Below, one piece after another: positions 56,263 to 60,222 of a stretch of 60,222 bases of DNA. The first letter of the stretch is position 1, and the number at the start of each line of letters is the position of its first letter. Source of the DNA: a virus (taxonomy: Duplodnaviria > Caudoviricetes); the IMG/VR virus record IMGVR_UViG_3300042898_005595, positions 1-60,222 of that record. One strand, given 5' to 3'. A program made the position numbers and the translations under genes. The notes below the pieces were generated by a model. The model did not search any database, was not told the DNA's origin, and worked only from the letters and a program-made list of their open reading frames with translations.

Positions 56263-56757
56263 TTAAAAATCACAATCAATATAATTCATGACCTCTAATG
56301 TTCTTTTATTAGTAAAAGTCATATCATCTCTATGATATACCTGTTCTTGATAATGCACAGATCCCTTAAATAAAGTTCTAATAAATGGTATACTCTCACC
56401 AATCTTTATATCTTCTTCATTAACCATTAAGCATAAAACCTTTTTATCATCTTCTGTTAACATCTGAATCTCTGTATAATCTTCGGCATCCTTAAAAGAA
56501 TTTTGCTTACCAAAACATATAAATGTGGTATTTAATTCTTCACCAGATTTATACTTTATAACAAATTCGTCACCATCTTTTATATTAGAAATCTCCTCTT
56601 TTAAATAGAGGCGAATCCAAATATAAACCATTTGTTTTTCAACTTCCGACATTGTTGGTGTCTGACTAACATCATCCGATAAATCATCAGTATCAATACT
56701 CTTAATTTGCTCAACCAATTGGTCGTAAATTGAATATTCTATTTCATCTTCACTCAT
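56263..56757 (-). CDS. Hypothetical protein
   Basis: ORF track. Confidence 0.6.
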   Translation of the reverse strand: MSEDEIEYSIYDQLVEQIKSIDTDDLSDDVSQTPTMSEVEKQMVYIWIRLYLKEEISNIKDGDEFVIKYKSGEELNTTFICFGKQNSFKDAEDYTEIQMLTEDDKKVLCLMVNEEDIKIGESIPFIRTLFKGSVHYQEQVYHRDDMTFTNKRTLEVMNYIDCDF

Positions 56758-56782
56758 ATTATTTAATTATTTTTTAATGTTT

Positions 56783-58075
56783 TTAATTACTTAAAGGGGC
56801 TTTAATTGTTGGATGTGATTGGTAGTTTTCTAATTGAAAATCAATATTATCTAAATGACCGATCATTGATATATCTTCTGATAGTGATTTATAAAAATCA
56901 TCAGTTTTCATATGTTTTAATGTTGGCAATGGAAAAGGAATTCTGGATTTCAAAGGAATTTCGCTCTTATTCAATCTAACCATTTGAATCTCAGGAGGAA
57001 GAGAGTCAAAATCTTCTACTACATCTCTATTTGGCTTAGAATTATGAAACCACCAATCAATTCTTTCTTGATGTGTGAGGTCTACACCAATCTGTTCTTT
57101 TGCTTGTTCAATGTGATTCAAATATAAATGAACATCACCTAAATTACCAATCAATTCATCTGGAATCATATTAACTTCTTTAGCTAATATTTCTAATAAC
57201 AATCCATAAGAAGCAATATTGAAAGGAATTCCCAAAAATAAATCACATGATCTTTGATTCCACATTAGAGAGATTGCTCTGGTTGGTATGTTTTTTTCAT
57301 CTAACACCTCTTTTATTCTATCAGTACCTAAACTTTGCCAATTTACAAACTGAGTATGTTTATCTTCCTCAATCAAATTATATCGTTCTTCCAAACTCAA
57401 CTCTCTTGTATAAACTTGAAATCCATAATGACAAGGTGGCAAAACCATCTCATCAATTTCACCTACATTCCAAGCATTAACCATTAATCGTCTTGAGTCT
57501 GGATTTGTTTTAAGTTCGGAGATTAGGTTTGCGATTTGGTCTATTTGATTCCAAGTAATAATTCTTGTTCCGTTTTCATCCTTTTCACCAATCTTGCCAT
57601 CTTGACCTCTCCATTTTCTCCATTGCTTACCATAAATTGGACCTAAATCACCCCATCTCTCAGCAAAAACATTATTAGTTCTAATTGTATTGATAAATTC
57701 TTCCATAGTATATGCTCTATTAGAAGAACCATTTATTCCATTAATAACAACATCCTCTTTTACATTATCTCTATTAGAAAAAGAATCTCTATTCTTTAAA
57801 TATGATTTATATGCATCACCATCCCAAATATGACAATTATTTTGAACCAAGCTTTGAATATTAGTATCACCACGTAAGAACCATAGTAATTCAGTTATAA
57901 CACCCTTCATATACATTTTCTTAGTAGTAAGTAAAGGAAATCCTTCTGACATTTTATGTCTAATTTGGCGACCAAATACTGAAATTGTTCCAGTTCCAGT
58001 TCTATCTTTTTTTTCAACACCATTATCAAGAATATCTTGAAGCAGTGAGGTATATGTTTTATCTAGGTTGTTCAT
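56783..58075 (-). CDS. thyA: Thymidylate synthase with insertions
   Basis: DRTGTGT, FPLLTTK, ELLWFL, LGPIYGKQWR, SRR, LPPCH, QRSCD, PFNIASY, HLY.NH. Confidence 0.95.
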   Translation of the reverse strand: MNNLDKTYTSLLQDILDNGVEKKDRTGTGTISVFGRQIRHKMSEGFPLLTTKKMYMKGVITELLWFLRGDTNIQSLVQNNCHIWDGDAYKSYLKNRDSFSNRDNVKEDVVINGINGSSNRAYTMEEFINTIRTNNVFAERWGDLGPIYGKQWRKWRGQDGKIGEKDENGTRIITWNQIDQIANLISELKTNPDSRRLMVNAWNVGEIDEMVLPPCHYGFQVYTRELSLEERYNLIEEDKHTQFVNWQSLGTDRIKEVLDEKNIPTRAISLMWNQRSCDLFLGIPFNIASYGLLLEILAKEVNMIPDELIGNLGDVHLYLNHIEQAKEQIGVDLTHQERIDWWFHNSKPNRDVVEDFDSLPPEIQMVRLNKSEIPLKSRIPFPLPTLKHMKTDDFYKSLSEDISMIGHLDNIDFQLENYQSHPTIKAPLSN

Positions 58076-58268
58076 TAAATTTATTTATTTTTTCTAATAT
58101 TTTATTAATTTTATCCTTTTTGAAATCACTGAATAAATTCTTCATAATCTCAGCGTCTATTGATTTAGCCAATTCTTCGGATAACATTGAAGTCAATTCA
58201 CTCTCTGCATCTATTCCATAATGATCTGAGATATTCTTCACATCGTTTTTAGTAATTTGTCCCTTCAT
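58059..58268 (-). CDS. Mini-protein resembling a central segment of T4-type major capsid protein
   Basis: YGIDAESELTSMLSEELAKSIDAEI, compared with recalled gp23 HGMDADAELSGILATEIMLEINRE. Confidence 0.62.
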   Translation of the reverse strand: MKGQITKNDVKNISDHYGIDAESELTSMLSEELAKSIDAEIMKNLFSDFKKDKINKILEKINKFNEQPR

Positions 58269-58741
58269 TTAGAAACCTTTTTTTCTGAATTTGAAATTTT
58301 AATCTCCTTTTCGAGTTCATCAGGATGTAGAAGACCTCTACCATATTTTTTAAATCTATCAGAGTATCTCACTTTGACATTATCCGAAATTGGAATTGGA
58401 GATCCTTCTTCATCAATTTTTACAAATACAATTTTAGTTGAACACACTATATCTTGTTTACCAGTATGTACATTATGTTTTCTAGCCTCAAGATTTAGAG
58501 TGACCGAAGTATTTCCAAATTTGTCAACTGAAGCGTAAATCTTTATAAGATTTCCAACCTTGACTGGACTTAGAAAAATAACTTCTTCAATTTTTTTTGT
58601 GACCATTTTTGCCGAATCACATATTTGACAAGCATAAGCTGCCGCTGCTTCATCTATAAACGATAGCATGTGACCACCGAATAGTGAATCATTCACACCA
58701 ATATCAAGAACCATACATATTCTAGTCGTTACCAATTCCAT
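58265..58741 (-). CDS. Acyl-CoA thioesterase (HotDog fold)
   Basis: LFGG.ML..IDEAAA, VT, F..PV..G, GNTS, FVKID. Confidence 0.88.
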   Translation of the reverse strand: MELVTTRICMVLDIGVNDSLFGGHMLSFIDEAAAAYACQICDSAKMVTKKIEEVIFLSPVKVGNLIKIYASVDKFGNTSVTLNLEARKHNVHTGKQDIVCSTKIVFVKIDEEGSPIPISDNVKVRYSDRFKKYGRGLLHPDELEKEIKISNSEKKVSK

Positions 58742-59489
58742 TTTCTAATTCCTCCCAAACCCATTTATATGTTTTTTTATTAATTATTTCGGAAATACAA
58801 CTTATAGACAAGTCAAACATTTTACTCAACTCTGAATAGCTTTTTTGACGTGTTCTTGATAAATTGAATATCATTAACACTTGATCTTTCGTAAGAGAAG
58901 CATTGTATTTAGACAACTTATCTCTTTTTTCACGAGTAATAGAAGGATCTTTACTCTCAACGTTTGTTCTTCTCAAGTTATTTTTGTGATCCTCTGTAAA
59001 CTCACGTCCTATAAGAGCGTTTCTTATTTTCAATTTTGTCTCGTCACTATGATTTCTTCCCATATTAGGAGATATATTATTTATATAAAAAAGTTTTAAT
59101 CCTTGACTTATTCCAGCTTTATTTTTATCACTCAAAGGAATACCTTTATTGATACCCTTCTTACCTTGACTTATGTTTTTTTTCCATTCTTCGATTTGAC
59201 TCTTACTCAAGAATTCTCTGATATCACCACCCTGACCACCTTCTCTTAGATTGTAAAAATTTCGACTATTTACCGCGTCAAAAAATTCGATCCAATATTT
59301 TTCAGCGATAAGTAGCTCTTCTTTTGTACTACAAATCTGCAAAATTTCCTTTTTGAAGTTATCTCGACCATATTTTTTTATTGCCTTCTTTATAAAAACA
59401 CCAGACCCTAAATAATTTGGACAATTTAAAGAATCCATACCAATATATTTTTTATTATTCAACAAATTTGTGACTAAATAAATTACCAT
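58722..59489 (-). CDS. GIY-YIG homing endonuclease
   Basis: IYLVTNLLNNKKYIG..YLGSG..FYNL..GG; HSDETKLKI; C-terminal HTH. Confidence 0.9.
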   Translation of the reverse strand: MVIYLVTNLLNNKKYIGMDSLNCPNYLGSGVFIKKAIKKYGRDNFKKEILQICSTKEELLIAEKYWIEFFDAVNSRNFYNLREGGQGGDIREFLSKSQIEEWKKNISQGKKGINKGIPLSDKNKAGISQGLKLFYINNISPNMGRNHSDETKLKIRNALIGREFTEDHKNNLRRTNVESKDPSITREKRDKLSKYNASLTKDQVLMIFNLSRTRQKSYSELSKMFDLSISCISEIINKKTYKWVWEELENGIGND

Positions 59490-59527
59490 AATCTAAATTT
59501 TTTATTATATATAAAAAAATTTAGATT
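59490..59527 (-). promoter_or_regulatory. 14-bp hairpin abutting the endonuclease ATG, with TATATA in the loop
   Basis: AATCTAAATTTTTT-TATATATAAT-AAAAAATTTAGATT-ATG. Confidence 0.7.
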
Positions 59528-59543
59528 TCCCCCGAACAGGTTA

Positions 59544-60221
59544 TTAACTCCATACTAATTGTTTAATTTTATATGGACACTCATTAGCCCATTTCTCACT
59601 AAACCAGAATGTTCTTCCGGTTTTATCAACACATGAAATACCTTTTTGATAAAAAACCCATTTATGAAACTCTTCAGAACTTAAACTTGGATTAGGATTT
59701 TGCCAATCTCTTAATTGACCTCCATTTAAAGTATAAGATTTCTCAATAACTTCACGACACATATCAAAAATATTTGGATTATCATTAATAATATCACGAG
59801 CCGATTCAAATGGATTAACATCTAAATAATAAAGAATTGTACTTCTAATGTAATTACCAACACCATCAAAATATCTTTGATCTAAAAGAACTTCACAAAT
59901 AGGTTTATCAAATATCTTAGTGTTTATATTTGAAATGACATTATCTTTGAACTTATCAAAATCTTTAACAATATCAAATCCTCTTTTTGTGTTAAATCCA
60001 CCTATTTTATATTTTGGACCCATATATCCACCATATAAAAGTAAGCTCATCCCATCATCTCTATCAAGACGCATACGAGTAAATTTAGTATCTGACCAAG
60101 ATTGTGTCGGAACTAATTTCCAATTACCACTCATACCCATGAATACCGAAATATTCATAGTATCTTGTGAATTAATAAAATTTAATTGAAGTTGTTTTCC
60201 ATAGAAATCAGCGGAAACAAC
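59544..60221 (-). CDS. Fpg/Nei-family DNA glycosylase, 5' end beyond the window
   Basis: Frame is open to the edge (GKQL..MGMSG); H2TH LLDQRYFDGVGNYIRSTILY; GRTFW. Confidence 0.85.
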   Translation of the reverse strand, partial: VVSADFYGKQLQLNFINSQDTMNISVFMGMSGNWKLVPTQSWSDTKFTRMRLDRDDGMSLLLYGGYMGPKYKIGGFNTKRGFDIVKDFDKFKDNVISNINTKIFDKPICEVLLDQRYFDGVGNYIRSTILYYLDVNPFESARDIINDNPNIFDMCREVIEKSYTLNGGQLRDWQNPNPSLSSEEFHKWVFYQKGISCVDKTGRTFWFSEKWANECPYKIKQLVWS

Positions 60222-60222
60222 A

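Noticed and set aside
1-60222. Stop-codon reassignment
   Set aside because: Core genes are intact in the standard code, coding density is high, and no suppressor tRNA was seen

Overview
AT-rich segment of a large T4-like (jumbo) phage genome. The host is probably Bacteroidota, judged from TTTG-N19/20-TAnnTTTG promoters, the lack of Shine-Dalgarno sites and rhomboid-tail-like domains. It carries about 15 tRNA or tRNA-like genes, tilS, greA, a SlyD-type PPIase, nrdA/nrdB, thyA, a gp41-like and a DinG-like helicase, the N-terminal half of a split family-B DNA polymerase, five free-standing homing endonucleases, tail/baseplate genes and a Ro60/TROVE gene. Main observation: each of the three tRNA operons is preceded by a short unannotated leader ORF, an antiterminator and an intrinsic terminator, and the leader codons match the downstream tRNAs. 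A Tyr/Glu-rich leader precedes Glu/Tyr tRNAs, an Ile/Gly/Ala-rich leader precedes Ile/Gly/Ala tRNAs, and an Asn/Leu-rich leader precedes Leu/Arg/Asn/Ile tRNAs. This looks like ribosome-mediated attenuation that releases phage tRNAs only when those tRNAs are depleted. Other candidates: two Y-RNA-like ncRNAs upstream of Ro60; three mini-proteins resembling capsid or portal fragments with a shared C-terminal tag; about 20 proteins with a T4-like capsid-targeting N-terminus; a 38-nt CCA-ended minihelix; and several non-canonical tRNAs. All calls were made by eye, without database searches.
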